A stretch of 59,600 nucleotides of DNA from Chthoniobacter sp. (GCA_041287745.1 JBGGMZ010000179.1:1-59600); one strand, 5' to 3'; positions 8,876 to 19,453 are shown, counted from the stretch's first letter. Made by a program: numbers and translations. The notes: generated from the letters alone by a model not told the origin.

Positions 8876-8994
8876 GGCGATGAATGGTGCGCGAGGGAAT
8901 CAATGCCGGGCTCGCAGTTGCGCAAGTCGGCTACGAAAGCGCACCGCAATTCAGTGTTAAGTTCAAGCGCCTCTTCTGGCGCTGAAGAAACTGC

Positions 8995-10278
8995 CTAGTG
9001 TCCGTGAGGCGCAGCCTTGTCACCGGCAGCAGGCGCTTCGGCCTTGGCCAGCACGCGCACCTCAATGCCTTCGGCAAAGGAATCCGAGGGATTCGTGACG
9101 ACATGGTCTTCAGGAGTGACGCCGGAAAGCACTTCCACGATTGCCCCGAAATCGCGGCCGATCTTGATCTTGCGGAGGGTGAGGTGATTGTTTACCACCA
9201 CGGCCACTTGCGGGCCTTCGGAGCGGAAGATGATCGCGCTGGCCGGCAGGGTGAGCGCTGCCTCGGGATGCGCGTCGCTGAGGCGCACCAAGCCGTAACT
9301 ACCGGCGAGGATTTCGTTCTTCGCATTGTCGACCTCGAGCTCGACGAGCAGGGTGCGAGTCGAGAGATCCAGCGCGCCTGCGGTGCGCACGACCTTCGCT
9401 TCGAATTTCTGGTCCGGGGCCTCAGGCAGAGTGAGCTCGGCGGATTGGCCCACCACCGTGCTGCGGGCGTAATTTTGCGGTACACGCACAAACACGCGCA
9501 GCTTATCCATCAGTGCGAGTCGAAAGAGTTCCTGTCCGGCGCCGGCGCTGACTAACTGGCCAACATCGAGACGGCGAGCGGTAATGACGCCGGCAAACGG
9601 CGCCGTCACGCGGGCGAAGCCCACGAGTTCGGTGAGGCGCTGCACATTGGCGCGGGCGGCTTCCACCGTGGCCTTTTTCAGCACGAGATCACTGGCTTTC
9701 TCATCGGCCTCTTGCGGGCTCACCGTGCGGGCTTGAAGCATTTCCTTCCAGCGCTTAGCCGTGGTCTGTGCGAGTGCGGCGGCCGCATCAGCTTGATTAA
9801 GTTCAGCCTGACCCTGTGAAAGTTGGCGATCGATCTCCGGCGTATCGAGCTCAGCGAGCAACTGACCGGCCTCGACGTGCGCGCCGAGATCCACCAACCA
9901 GCGGCGCACGTAGCCGCTGGCACGCGCATAGATTGAGGCTTCGATCACCGGACGCAATTCGCCGGAAAGGACGAGCGGCTCGGTAATCTTGGCCGGGCCG
10001 GGACTGGCCACGCTGACGGTCGGCACGGCGAGGTCGCGCGTGTCATCCGCTACCTGCCGACGTTCGCGCAGGCGCGGGACAAAGCCGATGACCAGGGCTG
10101 CCACCACGAGGAGGGCCAGGAAGAAGACGATGCGGCCGAGACGCGGCGGTTTGGAAGGCGGTTCTTTCACAGAATGATCAGGCTGGTGCCCGGGTGCGGG
10201 CTTTTCGGTCACCCCCAGCATATCGGCGCCTGGGTGATCGGACCTGTGATCTGTGAGATAGTCAGAGTGCGCATTCAT
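8995..10278 (-). CDS. RND efflux periplasmic adaptor (MFP)
   Basis: N-terminal TM, lipoyl halves ARASGYV..GAHVEAGQLL and APFAGVI, coiled coil. Confidence 0.92.
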   Translation of the reverse strand: MNAHSDYLTDHRSDHPGADMLGVTEKPAPGHQPDHSVKEPPSKPPRLGRIVFFLALLVVAALVIGFVPRLRERRQVADDTRDLAVPTVSVASPGPAKITEPLVLSGELRPVIEASIYARASGYVRRWLVDLGAHVEAGQLLAELDTPEIDRQLSQGQAELNQADAAAALAQTTAKRWKEMLQARTVSPQEADEKASDLVLKKATVEAARANVQRLTELVGFARVTAPFAGVITARRLDVGQLVSAGAGQELFRLALMDKLRVFVRVPQNYARSTVVGQSAELTLPEAPDQKFEAKVVRTAGALDLSTRTLLVELEVDNAKNEILAGSYGLVRLSDAHPEAALTLPASAIIFRSEGPQVAVVVNNHLTLRKIKIGRDFGAIVEVLSGVTPEDHVVTNPSDSFAEGIEVRVLAKAEAPAAGDKAAPHGH

Positions 10279-10289
10279 GGCGAGATTGT

Positions 10290-13200
10290 TTAGATGGAGG
10301 CGAGTTCCTCTTCGCGGGACTCACGGGGAGTTTCATCCGGGATGACGGGTGCCGTATTCACATGGTGCCGCGGGTGGCAGAGGCTGAAGATCACTGGCAC
10401 GAAAAAGAGAGTGGCGACGGTGGCCACGAGGAGGCCGCCGATCACGGCGCGGCCGACGGGGGCATTTTGCTCGCCGCCTTCGCCGAGGCCGAGGCTCATG
10501 GGGAGCATGCCGATGATCATGGCCAGCGCGGTCATGACCACGGCCCGCAAGCGCGTGGCGCCCGCGAGCAAGGCGGCCGCCGTGGCGTCCATACCATCGT
10601 GGAAGTTGGTCCGTGCGAAGGTCACGACCAGGACGGAGTTCGCCGTGGCCACGCCGAGGCTCATGATGGCGCCCATGAGCGCCGGCACGCTGAGCGCCGT
10701 ATGCGTGACCCACAAGCCCCAGATGACGCCTGCGAGCGCGCCGGGCAAGGCGCTGATGATGATGAAAGGGTCGAGCCAGCTTTGGAAATTCACCACGAGT
10801 AGCAGGTAGATGAGGACGATGGCGCCGCAAAGACCGAGACCAAGGCCGATGTAGCTGCTGCGCATGGTTTCCGCCTGACCACGCACTTCGATGAAGCTGC
10901 CGCGCGGAAGTTCCTTTTTCGCCTCTTCGAGCAACGGTTGGATATCGCGCAGCACGCCGCCAAGATCGCGACCAGCCACGCCGCCGTAGATATCGATCAC
11001 GGGCAGGACGTTGTAGTGCGAAAAGACGGGCGTGGTCTGGCTGCGCTGGATCGTGGCGACGTTGGTGAGGAGCTGGCCGTCACCTTCGTTTGCGCGACTG
11101 CTGCTCACGGGAATGGCTTCCAAGGCAGAAATGGAATCCATCACGTGCTCGGGCGCGCGGATGTTGATCGTATATTGAATGCCGAGCTTGGGATTGAGCC
11201 AGTAGACGGGAGTGACCTGACCACTGCCGCTGAGCGAGAGCAGGACCGAGTTGGCCACGTCGCGTTCCTGCAGACCCAGTTCGCCGGCCTTGTCGCGATC
11301 GACATTGATGGAGAGACGCGGGAGATCGGCGGGCTGTTGCACGCGGACGTCGACGGCGCCATTGATTCGGCGAATTTTGTCCGAAAGACGGGCGGCAATG
11401 GCGCGGTTGGTGACCTGGTCACGGCCGTAGATCTGGACGTCGAACGGTGCGGGCAGACCAAGGTTCAGCGTTTGGCTGACGATATCCGCCGGCATGAAGT
11501 AGAAGATCGTGCCGGGAAATTCGCGATTCAGGCGACCGCGTAACTCCCGCACATATTCCTCGGTGGGGCGCTTATGCTCGTGATTAAGCGAGACGAGGAT
11601 ATCTGCATCGCTCGTCCCGATGACGCCGCTGTTGCTGTAGCTGAGCGCGATGCCGGAGAAGGGGATGCCGATGTTATCGAGAATACCGCTGAGCTCCGAT
11701 TTCGGGACCACTTGCTGAATGACCTTCTCCACACGCTCTACGAGCTGAGCGCTCTCCTCGATGCGCGTGCCGCTCCGACCGCGCAAGTGGAGGCGGAACT
11801 GGCCGCCATCGACCTTGGGAAAGAAATCCTGACCGAGCTGGGGAGTGAGCGTGAACGTGGCGAGGCAGAAGAGCATGAACACCAAGGCGAACGTCCCTCG
11901 CTTGCGAAACACGCCGGAAAGTATGTTGCGGTATCCGTCGCGGAACTTGGCGAAACCGTTTTCAAAGGCGCGCTGGATCACGATGAACGGCGCGCTCCAG
12001 CCCTGAGGCGGCGGTTCGTCGGCATGGTCGTCGCCCTCGTTGTGACCGGTGTAGGGCGAGTTCCGGTAGAAATACATCACCAGCGTAGGGATGAGCGTAC
12101 GGGAGAGGAAATAGCTCGCGAGCATCGCGAAGACCACAGACTCGGCCAGTGGCACGAAAAGGAAGCGAGCGACACCGGTGAGGAAAAACATCGGCACGAA
12201 CACGATGCAAATACAGAGCGTGCTGACGAAGGCCGGAAGGGCAATTTCCTCCGCGCCGTCGAGAATGGCGGTGATCAGCGGCTTGCCCATGCCCATCTGG
12301 CGATGGACGTTCTCGATTTCCACGGTGGCGTCGTCGACGAGAATACCGACCGCCAGGGCGAGGCCGCCGAGGGTCATAAGGTTGATCGTTTCTCCGAGGG
12401 CGCTGAGCACCGCGAGAGAGACGAGGATGCTCAACGGAATGGAGAGGGCGATGATGACCGTGCTGCGCCACGAACCGATGAAGAGCAAAATCATGACGGC
12501 CGTGAGAGCCGCAGCGATGGTGCCTTCCTTGAGCACGCCGCTGATGGCGGCACGGACAAAGAGCGACTGGTCGGCGAACTCCTTCACGTCCAGGTCGGAT
12601 GTGATGGTGGCCATGACGCGGGGCAACTGCGCCTTCACCCGGGCCACCACATCAAGAGTGGAGGCAAAGCCGCTCTTCATGATGGTGATCAGCGCACCGC
12701 GCTGGCCGTTCATGCGCACCACGTTGGTCTGCGGATTGAAGCCGTCGCGCACCTGGGCTACGTCGCGGATGTAGATGGTGGTGCCATTGACCCGCCTGAT
12801 TGGGAGGTTGTTGAGATCCTCGAGAATGCGTGGGCTGCTATTCACCGAGATGTCGTACTCGGTTTCGCCGATCTTTGAAGTGCCGCTGGGCAGGATGAGG
12901 TTCTGCGCATTCACCGCATCCACGATGTCTTGCGCCCGAAGATTTTTGGCCTTGAGGGCATTCAGGTCGAGATCGACCACGACCGTGCGCTGGCGACCAC
13001 CATAGGGCCACGGGATCTGCGCGCCGGGGATATTCGCAATGCCCACGCGCACCTGATTCAACGCGAGGTCGGCCACTTCCTGCTCGCTCAGCTTTTTGCT
13101 GCTGAGACTGTACTGGAGAATAGGAACGGTGGAGGCGTTGTAACGGATGACCAGCGGCGGGGTCTGGCCGGGCGGCATCTGGCGCAGGATGGTCTGCGCG

Positions 13201-13535
13201 ACCGCGGTGATCTGGGCTACGCCGCCGTCGACGTTTGCGCCGGGCTGAAGAAAGACCTTGATGATGCCGACGCCATTGTAGCTGTTCGACTCGACGTGCT
13301 CGATATCTGTGACCGTGGCCGAAAGCGAACGTTCATGGTTGTAGATGATGCGCTGCTCGACTTCCTGCGGGCTCAAGCCGGCGTATTGCCAGATGACCGA
13401 GATGACCGGGATGTTGATCGCGGGAAAGATATCGGTCGGCGTGCGCAGCAGCACAAAAGGCGTGAGCAGCAGCAGCACGATGGACGCGACGATGAAAGTG
13501 TAGGGGCGCCGAAGCGCTAGGCGGACGATCCACAT
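10290..13535 (-). CDS. RND efflux permease (AcrB/AcrD/AcrF family)
   Basis: 1081 aa; GILVDDATVEIEN proton-relay motif, RLRAVVMT, two periplasmic loops. Confidence 0.95.
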   Translation of the reverse strand: MWIVRLALRRPYTFIVASIVLLLLTPFVLLRTPTDIFPAINIPVISVIWQYAGLSPQEVEQRIIYNHERSLSATVTDIEHVESNSYNGVGIIKVFLQPGANVDGGVAQITAVAQTILRQMPPGQTPPLVIRYNASTVPILQYSLSSKKLSEQEVADLALNQVRVGIANIPGAQIPWPYGGRQRTVVVDLDLNALKAKNLRAQDIVDAVNAQNLILPSGTSKIGETEYDISVNSSPRILEDLNNLPIRRVNGTTIYIRDVAQVRDGFNPQTNVVRMNGQRGALITIMKSGFASTLDVVARVKAQLPRVMATITSDLDVKEFADQSLFVRAAISGVLKEGTIAAALTAVMILLFIGSWRSTVIIALSIPLSILVSLAVLSALGETINLMTLGGLALAVGILVDDATVEIENVHRQMGMGKPLITAILDGAEEIALPAFVSTLCICIVFVPMFFLTGVARFLFVPLAESVVFAMLASYFLSRTLIPTLVMYFYRNSPYTGHNEGDDHADEPPPQGWSAPFIVIQRAFENGFAKFRDGYRNILSGVFRKRGTFALVFMLFCLATFTLTPQLGQDFFPKVDGGQFRLHLRGRSGTRIEESAQLVERVEKVIQQVVPKSELSGILDNIGIPFSGIALSYSNSGVIGTSDADILVSLNHEHKRPTEEYVRELRGRLNREFPGTIFYFMPADIVSQTLNLGLPAPFDVQIYGRDQVTNRAIAARLSDKIRRINGAVDVRVQQPADLPRLSINVDRDKAGELGLQERDVANSVLLSLSGSGQVTPVYWLNPKLGIQYTINIRAPEHVMDSISALEAIPVSSSRANEGDGQLLTNVATIQRSQTTPVFSHYNVLPVIDIYGGVAGRDLGGVLRDIQPLLEEAKKELPRGSFIEVRGQAETMRSSYIGLGLGLCGAIVLIYLLLVVNFQSWLDPFIIISALPGALAGVIWGLWVTHTALSVPALMGAIMSLGVATANSVLVVTFARTNFHDGMDATAAALLAGATRLRAVVMTALAMIIGMLPMSLGLGEGGEQNAPVGRAVIGGLLVATVATLFFVPVIFSLCHPRHHVNTAPVIPDETPRESREEELASI

Positions 13536-13646
13536 GGGGCGATCAGGTTGGCTAATGTCAGGGAAGGAGCGCTTTCGCGATTGGACGCGCTTGCGGTCGT
13601 ATGAGGATGATCTTGCGGACCGTTTGTAGCGTGGCTGTGGCGGAAA

Positions 13647-14546
13647 TCAGCGCACGCTGGGGTTGGCGTCCGCAAATTCGCCGGGGCTGACGCCCAGAAC
13701 GCGCTTAAAATGCCGGGCCATATGGCTTTGGTCCGAGAAGCCACATTCATTGGCGATGGCTGCCATGGTCCACTCCCGGCTGTGCTGGCGAATGAGCTCC
13801 TGGGCGCGGTCGACACGCAGTCGAATGAGATAGTCGTGAGGAGGATGACCGGTGGCAGTCTTGAACTGCCGGGCGAAATGAAACGGGCTGAGCCCGGCGA
13901 CCTCGGCGAGTTCCTCGAGAGCGAGGGAGTCGGTGAGGCGCCCGCGCATAAACTCCACGACCTTCAGCACGGCGAGGGGCGGAACGGCTGGGGCGGGTTT
14001 GGTGCCGCGGATGTGGTCGAACTCCCGCAGGATTTGCACGGCAATCGCCCGGGCCAGACCTTCGGCGGCCACTCCCGCGCCCGGGGTGCCCTCGAGCTCA
14101 TGGTAAAGCTGCTGCATGAGGACGGAAGCGGGATGCCCGTGGGGAAGCTTGCGAGTATTGATCTCGGCAGGGAGCGCGGCGGTGGTGCCGAGTTCAGCCG
14201 CGACGCGTTCGAAGAACCATGGCTGGAAACCGAGCATGAGTACGCGCACGTCGTCCGTCCAACGAAAGGCGACGGGACGTCCCGCCGGCGTGAAACGGCA
14301 ATCGCCAGCTTCGTAGTCGACGGTCTCTTTCTGTCCAGCCAGGACGACATCGCTCCGCAACGGCTCAAGAAAGCAGTAGAGAACATGCTGGCGGATTCCG
14401 CCCGGATAATCCACGTGACCCGATTTGCCCCGCCGCTCGTGGACGATAATGCCCGGCCAGCCCACGGAGCGCCGCACGACGGTGATCGCCGCGGGGACGT
14501 ATGTCTCCATGTCGACCGGTGGGAGGGCGGTGGGTTTTGGCTTCAT
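13647..14546 (-). CDS. AraC family transcriptional regulator
   Basis: C-terminal LEELAEVAGLSPFHFARQFK...IANECGFSDQSHMARHFKR. Confidence 0.95.
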   Translation of the reverse strand: MKPKPTALPPVDMETYVPAAITVVRRSVGWPGIIVHERRGKSGHVDYPGGIRQHVLYCFLEPLRSDVVLAGQKETVDYEAGDCRFTPAGRPVAFRWTDDVRVLMLGFQPWFFERVAAELGTTAALPAEINTRKLPHGHPASVLMQQLYHELEGTPGAGVAAEGLARAIAVQILREFDHIRGTKPAPAVPPLAVLKVVEFMRGRLTDSLALEELAEVAGLSPFHFARQFKTATGHPPHDYLIRLRVDRAQELIRQHSREWTMAAIANECGFSDQSHMARHFKRVLGVSPGEFADANPSVR

Positions 14547-14565
14547 GGGGCAGGGTGGTCCGCTG

Positions 14566-14643
14566 CTCTTAATCGTGACCTTACTCTTACTCTTAATCCC
14601 TCAGCCCAAAGAGTAAGAGTAAGATTAGGATTAAGATTAAGAC
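14566..14643. repeat. inverted array of hexamer repeats (CTCTTA/TAAGAG-type)
   Basis: CTTACTCTTACTCTT (14580-14594) is the exact reverse complement of 14609-14623; degenerate hexamers flank both arms. Confidence 0.8.
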
Positions 14644-14661
14644 GACGCGCCATTCGGAGCG

Positions 14662-16725
14662 CTACCGGGGAACCGTCTGCAAGAACTGCCAGATGGCGTT
14701 GAATTGCTCCCTCGCCTGACCTTGGAAAAAGTCCGTGAGCGGTGTCTTGCCTTCCTCATCGGCGAATTTCGGCATCTTGGTATCCGGGTCGATGCGTGTC
14801 GGCGCGAGCGCCCAGCGGAGGAAGTATTCCCGGCGCAAGCGCTGCGGTGCCCAAGCGAGATTCGGGCCGGGCGCTTCGAAGACGGCGGTAGCCGCACGAT
14901 TGCCGAGGATGTGACACTGCACGCAATTGAAGCCGCCATTCTCTCCCACGAGCGTTTCGCCGATCTTGGTCTTCTCGGGGTCCGCCGGTTCCTCCTGTCC
15001 GATCGAATAGCCAAAGCCGTGCTGATGTGGCAGGCCCTTGGAGAGGTTTTCCGCGTAAGTGGCAAAGCCGGGCATGCGGGCGATCAGCCACGGACGCGGT
15101 TTGTTTTTCTCGTGGCCCGCGATAAAGTTCCCCATGTAGGCAGGCCGCAGCTTTTCGCCAAACCACGTGAGCGCCGGCAGCGCGGTGGTGTAGATTGGTT
15201 TGCCCTCGCCCTCCTCGAGCGGGGCGGCGCTTTGCAAGGCGACGGCTTCTTCTTCGAGTTGCGACCAGACGCTCTGCTGGCCATCGCGCTGGTGGCAGGC
15301 GGTGCAGCGCAGGTTCTTGATCTGGCGCTCGGCAAACTCTGCCGAGGTGTCCTGCTTGAGCGAGTCGAAACCACCGGCGGCGAAGGCGATAAGCGCCTCG
15401 CGCTGCGGAGGTGTGAAGGCGAAATCGGGAGCCTTGCCGCGTGCGGCGGCATCGGCGCCGAGGCAGCCTTTGGTCCAGCCGCTCTTCAACGTGGCCGCGA
15501 GCGCCGGTGTGGTCATCGGCGGGACACCTGCATGGCAGTTCAAGCAACCGGAGGTGGCCATTAGCTGTGCGCCACGGGTGGCGTCGCCCTGCGGTGCGCC
15601 GGTGAACTCGCGGCTCGACGCGGTGATCAAATAGGCGGTGAGCTGCCCCGCTTCGGTTTCATTGAGACGGAAGTGCGGCATGCGGTTCCACGCGTAACTT
15701 TTCGCGGGGTCCTGGAGATAGGCGCTCAAGGCGTGCTGATGCCACTTCGCTTTGATATGGTTCAGCGGAATGCGGTCGTGCTCATCCTGTCCATCCGCAT
15801 CGGGCTTCGTGTGGCAGGCGATGCACCCGAGATTGGCAAAGAGCGCGCCGCCTGGCGCGGCCAGCGATTCATCGACAGGTTTGTCGTCTTCCACGTGTGG
15901 AGCAGTGGAGGCGAAGTAAGCCGCGACATCGGCGGCACGTTGATCGATCTTCCCGGCTTCCCCAGCGAAGACTTTCGGCATGAGCGCGTGCGGGCGAATG
16001 CTGTGCGGATCATTGATCCACGCGGCGAGCCACGGCTCGCGATATTTTTCGCCGATGGCGTCGAAGGCCGGCGCGTCCTGCGCGAGCTCCGGCATGCCTT
16101 CGCCCTTCGGCGGCAGAGTGCCTGTGCCGTCGTGGCAGGCGGCGCAGCGATTCTGAGCGAAAAGCAGCCGGCCTTCGCGGAGACGTTCGCCCGTGCGAAG
16201 GTCCTTCGCATTGCTGTCGTGTTGGAAGGCGGTCGGCGAGATGGGCTCGGATGGAAATTCCTTTGAGGACCAATTCAGCCGCACTACCGCGTCGCCTTTT
16301 TCGGGGCTTTGAAATTCGACGACCAGCTTGTTGGCTCCCTTTTGCAATTGTGTGGGATGCGGAGCGATCCGCTGGCGGCTGTCCAGCATCGGTGCGCCAT
16401 TGAGCGTGGCGGTGACGACGCCGTTGGTTGCGACGTCGAAGGTGTATTCCGCGCGCAGATCGGAGACGATCTCGCCCTCCCATTTCGCGGTGAAGGAACC
16501 CGGCGCGAGGAACGGTGTCGGCCCTTCATTCGCGGGGACGTAGAGCGCGATTAGGCGCGCGCTGCGTGTATCGGTCTTGCCACCCGCGCTGAAGGTGACG
16601 GTGAGGCCCTGCTTGGCTGCGGGAGCCTTGTCGGCCAGTGGTGGGGCCTGGACGGAACTTTCTCCGGCATGGACGAGGGAAGAGCCGAGGGCGAGGAGAG
16701 CGAGCAGCGGAAGCGAAATCTTCAT
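14662..16725 (-). CDS. secreted multiheme (5 x CxxCH) c-type cytochrome with possible PA14-like N-domain
   Basis: Signal peptide MKISLPLLALL; CAACH, CIACH, CLNCH, CTACH and CVQCH, most followed by a downstream MP/MPxF motif. Confidence 0.85.
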   Translation of the reverse strand: MKISLPLLALLALGSSLVHAGESSVQAPPLADKAPAAKQGLTVTFSAGGKTDTRSARLIALYVPANEGPTPFLAPGSFTAKWEGEIVSDLRAEYTFDVATNGVVTATLNGAPMLDSRQRIAPHPTQLQKGANKLVVEFQSPEKGDAVVRLNWSSKEFPSEPISPTAFQHDSNAKDLRTGERLREGRLLFAQNRCAACHDGTGTLPPKGEGMPELAQDAPAFDAIGEKYREPWLAAWINDPHSIRPHALMPKVFAGEAGKIDQRAADVAAYFASTAPHVEDDKPVDESLAAPGGALFANLGCIACHTKPDADGQDEHDRIPLNHIKAKWHQHALSAYLQDPAKSYAWNRMPHFRLNETEAGQLTAYLITASSREFTGAPQGDATRGAQLMATSGCLNCHAGVPPMTTPALAATLKSGWTKGCLGADAAARGKAPDFAFTPPQREALIAFAAGGFDSLKQDTSAEFAERQIKNLRCTACHQRDGQQSVWSQLEEEAVALQSAAPLEEGEGKPIYTTALPALTWFGEKLRPAYMGNFIAGHEKNKPRPWLIARMPGFATYAENLSKGLPHQHGFGYSIGQEEPADPEKTKIGETLVGENGGFNCVQCHILGNRAATAVFEAPGPNLAWAPQRLRREYFLRWALAPTRIDPDTKMPKFADEEGKTPLTDFFQGQAREQFNAIWQFLQTVPR

Positions 16726-16826
16726 CAGCGGGAAAATCGATACGAGGGAAAATACCAAGGGCCGCGATCGCTCGCAGCCCTTGGAAACTAATGTTTTTGA
16801 GAGAGGAGCGTCAACGCCCCGGAACG

Positions 16827-19289
16827 TTAGCGCGCCGAGGTGAAGTTCGACCCGCGCTGGGTGTCCGGCGGGACGACGTTGATCGTGTTGCCGACGGCAT
16901 CGGGAATCGTGGTGCCGTCCGCGGCCTTGATGTTCATCTTGATCTTCATCTGCATCACCGGCTGCAGGCCGGGCACCTCGAGGAAGACGGACTTCTTGTC
17001 CGGCGCCACGGTCACCGACTTGATGTCCAGCTTGTCGTGGCCCTTCTCCTCGGGATTGCTCACCTTGTATTCGGCGGAGCCGTAGTTCGAGGTCCAGCGG
17101 TAGTTGTATTGCTCGATGGAGTAGTTGCCCGCATCGCTCGCGCTGGAGGTCTCGACCTCATTGGTGAAGGCGATGGTGATGCCCTTGTCAGTCACGTGGA
17201 GCTCGTGCTGCACGGTCACCGGCTTGCCGGTGTAGCGCACGCGATGGATCGCGCCGTCCTTGGCGCCATTCGTCTGCCAGCCCTTGAGGCCGGCGAGGTA
17301 GAGCTGTCCATCGGTCGGGCTGAAGCGCGCGCGGCAGATGCCGGTGTCGAACTTCAGCGGGAACTTGAAGACGCCGCCCTGCTTGACATCGCCCACGCTT
17401 TCCTGGAGCACTCCGAAGAGCGAGGACTTGCCGTAGGAGAGGTAAAGCATGCTGCCCTTCAGCGGGCCCCATTTGTCGCTCGTGACCCATACTTGTGCGC
17501 CGTTCGAGTTATCCCAATCATACGGCAGCCAGCAGAGATGCGGTGCGTAAGCGGTGGGCACGGGAACGCGGTGGGAGAGATCGGGCACCTCAATGAATTC
17601 ACCCTGCTTCACATAGTGGATGTAGTCGACCGGCACCCAAGTGCCCTGGTTGTCGCCGGTGGTGATCTCATCGTTCGGGCCTACGCCGATCCCATTCGGT
17701 GCGCGCACGCCGGTAGCGAAGACTTCGAACTTCTGGCCGTTGCTCGAGACCTTGAACATGGAGCCGTTGTGGTCGCTCAGCGGGCCCCAGCCGCGACCGC
17801 CGGGATTCACCGGGCCGCCCTTGATGAAGTAAAAGTTGCCTTTCGAATCCGTCTCGAGGCCGAAGGTGAATTCGTGGAAGCCCGGCGTGACCTGCACGTC
17901 GTTGTTAAAGTTCTCGTAGAAGTCGGCTTCGCCGTCGTTGTTCAGGTCATGCAGGCGCGTGATCTGGTCGCGGCCGAGGACGTAGATTTGATCGTCGACG
18001 ATCTTCAGCCCGAGCGCATGGAAGAGGCCCGTGGCGTAACGCTTCCACTCGATGTTCTCGAGCTTGTCGTCGATGCCTTTGCCGATCCACACGTCACCAC
18101 TCCAGGTGCTGAAAGCGATACGGCCATCCTTGAAGAAATCGAGGCCCGCGATGCGGATCTTGGATTTGTAGGGGTTGTCGAGCGGGGCGGCGAGGTTGTC
18201 GACCACATAGGGGAAGGCGCCGTCTTCTGTGCCGAGCGTGCCCTTGGCCTTCACCGTCTCCGCCCAGTGCGGCGCGCCGCCGTGGGTGAGGGGCTGCAGG
18301 TCGGCGGGTTGCGCGGCGGCTTTTACCGCGTCGCTCAGCTTGGCTACATCGGCGGCGGTGCCGTGGGCGAAGACGACTTTGAATTTCTGTCCCGCGACGA
18401 ACGGCGGCAGCTTGAGGCTGACGCGCGTGCCGTCGACGACGAACTTCGCGCCGGCGGGTGCGCCGACCAGGCCGATCACCGTGCGGTCGCCGATATTTTT
18501 GGCGGCCTCCAAATTGTTGGCGGCATTCGAGAAGATCACCTTGTCGCCCTCGATGGCGGGCGTCACGCCTTCCGGCGCATCGGCCACCAGCAAATTGGAA
18601 GCGCTGCCGGGAGCGATGACATTGAAAGTACGGGTGATGAGCGCCTGGCTGTCGACGGTCTCGAGATCGTCCGATTCCAGGAGCGAAGCTTCGCCCACGG
18701 TGTAGGCGAAAACGACGCGATCGCCGCTGAGATAGAGGCCGCGATATTTCGCCCATTCACGAGGAAGCGGACCAAAGGGAATATCGGCAAAGAACGGATC
18801 GCCAGCCTTCACGTCGGACTTGCGCGGGCCTTTCGGCAGTTCGCGTGGATCGGCGAAGCTGTCGCCCTTGCTCCAGCCGGGCGTGTTCGTGTGCGTGCCA
18901 AAATAAATCTGCGCATTTTGCGGCGCGGAAGGATTCGGGCCGTGGCCGCCGTCGAAGACGACGCCCTTGAGCTTCAGCCAACCACCGGTCCAGCCGCCCG
19001 TGACGCGCAGGAGTTCGGTATCAAAAATCAGACCGGCCTCGCCGTCCTTGCCGAGCTTCACGGCGATGCCTTTGTTCGCGGCGATGCGCTCGGCGTGGTC
19101 GAGCGTGCTCTTGCCCGGCAGGTCTTTCGTCTTGCCCTGGTCGTCCGTGATCTTGGACGGCACATTGTCGATGAAGCTCGCGGAAAGGAAGCGACCGTAA
19201 TCCATCTCCTCCCACCAGTTGGCAGCGTGTAGGCGGAATGGGGCCAAAGCGAGGCTGGCAGCGACGGCGAGACGAATGGAGAACTTCAT
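16827..19289 (-). CDS. secreted PVC-type beta-propeller dehydrogenase-like protein (DUF6797-like N-domain)
   Basis: Signal peptide; MDYGRFL N-domain; YATGLFHALGL, DLNNDGEADFYE, FATGVRAPNG and DNQGTW propeller motifs; no CxxCH. Confidence 0.75.
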   Translation of the reverse strand: MKFSIRLAVAASLALAPFRLHAANWWEEMDYGRFLSASFIDNVPSKITDDQGKTKDLPGKSTLDHAERIAANKGIAVKLGKDGEAGLIFDTELLRVTGGWTGGWLKLKGVVFDGGHGPNPSAPQNAQIYFGTHTNTPGWSKGDSFADPRELPKGPRKSDVKAGDPFFADIPFGPLPREWAKYRGLYLSGDRVVFAYTVGEASLLESDDLETVDSQALITRTFNVIAPGSASNLLVADAPEGVTPAIEGDKVIFSNAANNLEAAKNIGDRTVIGLVGAPAGAKFVVDGTRVSLKLPPFVAGQKFKVVFAHGTAADVAKLSDAVKAAAQPADLQPLTHGGAPHWAETVKAKGTLGTEDGAFPYVVDNLAAPLDNPYKSKIRIAGLDFFKDGRIAFSTWSGDVWIGKGIDDKLENIEWKRYATGLFHALGLKIVDDQIYVLGRDQITRLHDLNNDGEADFYENFNNDVQVTPGFHEFTFGLETDSKGNFYFIKGGPVNPGGRGWGPLSDHNGSMFKVSSNGQKFEVFATGVRAPNGIGVGPNDEITTGDNQGTWVPVDYIHYVKQGEFIEVPDLSHRVPVPTAYAPHLCWLPYDWDNSNGAQVWVTSDKWGPLKGSMLYLSYGKSSLFGVLQESVGDVKQGGVFKFPLKFDTGICRARFSPTDGQLYLAGLKGWQTNGAKDGAIHRVRYTGKPVTVQHELHVTDKGITIAFTNEVETSSASDAGNYSIEQYNYRWTSNYGSAEYKVSNPEEKGHDKLDIKSVTVAPDKKSVFLEVPGLQPVMQMKIKMNIKAADGTTIPDAVGNTINVVPPDTQRGSNFTSAR

Positions 19290-19453
19290 GAAATTCGAAC
19301 GGAGGTAATTAGTGCAAACGGCGACTGGGCGCCGCCCGCAAGGGAGCGTTGGATGTAGCTCAAACAATCAGCGGAACGAAACGAAATTAGGTGGAAACCC
19401 CACTCTGGGGAGGTTTCGTCCGCCCGCCGCCGTCGAATCTGGGAAGTGCGTGC

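Noticed and set aside
16638-19232. 864-aa plus-strand ORF
   Set aside because: Antisense shadow of the well-supported minus-strand gene; strong codon bias removes stops on the opposite strand, and it has no recognisable motifs.
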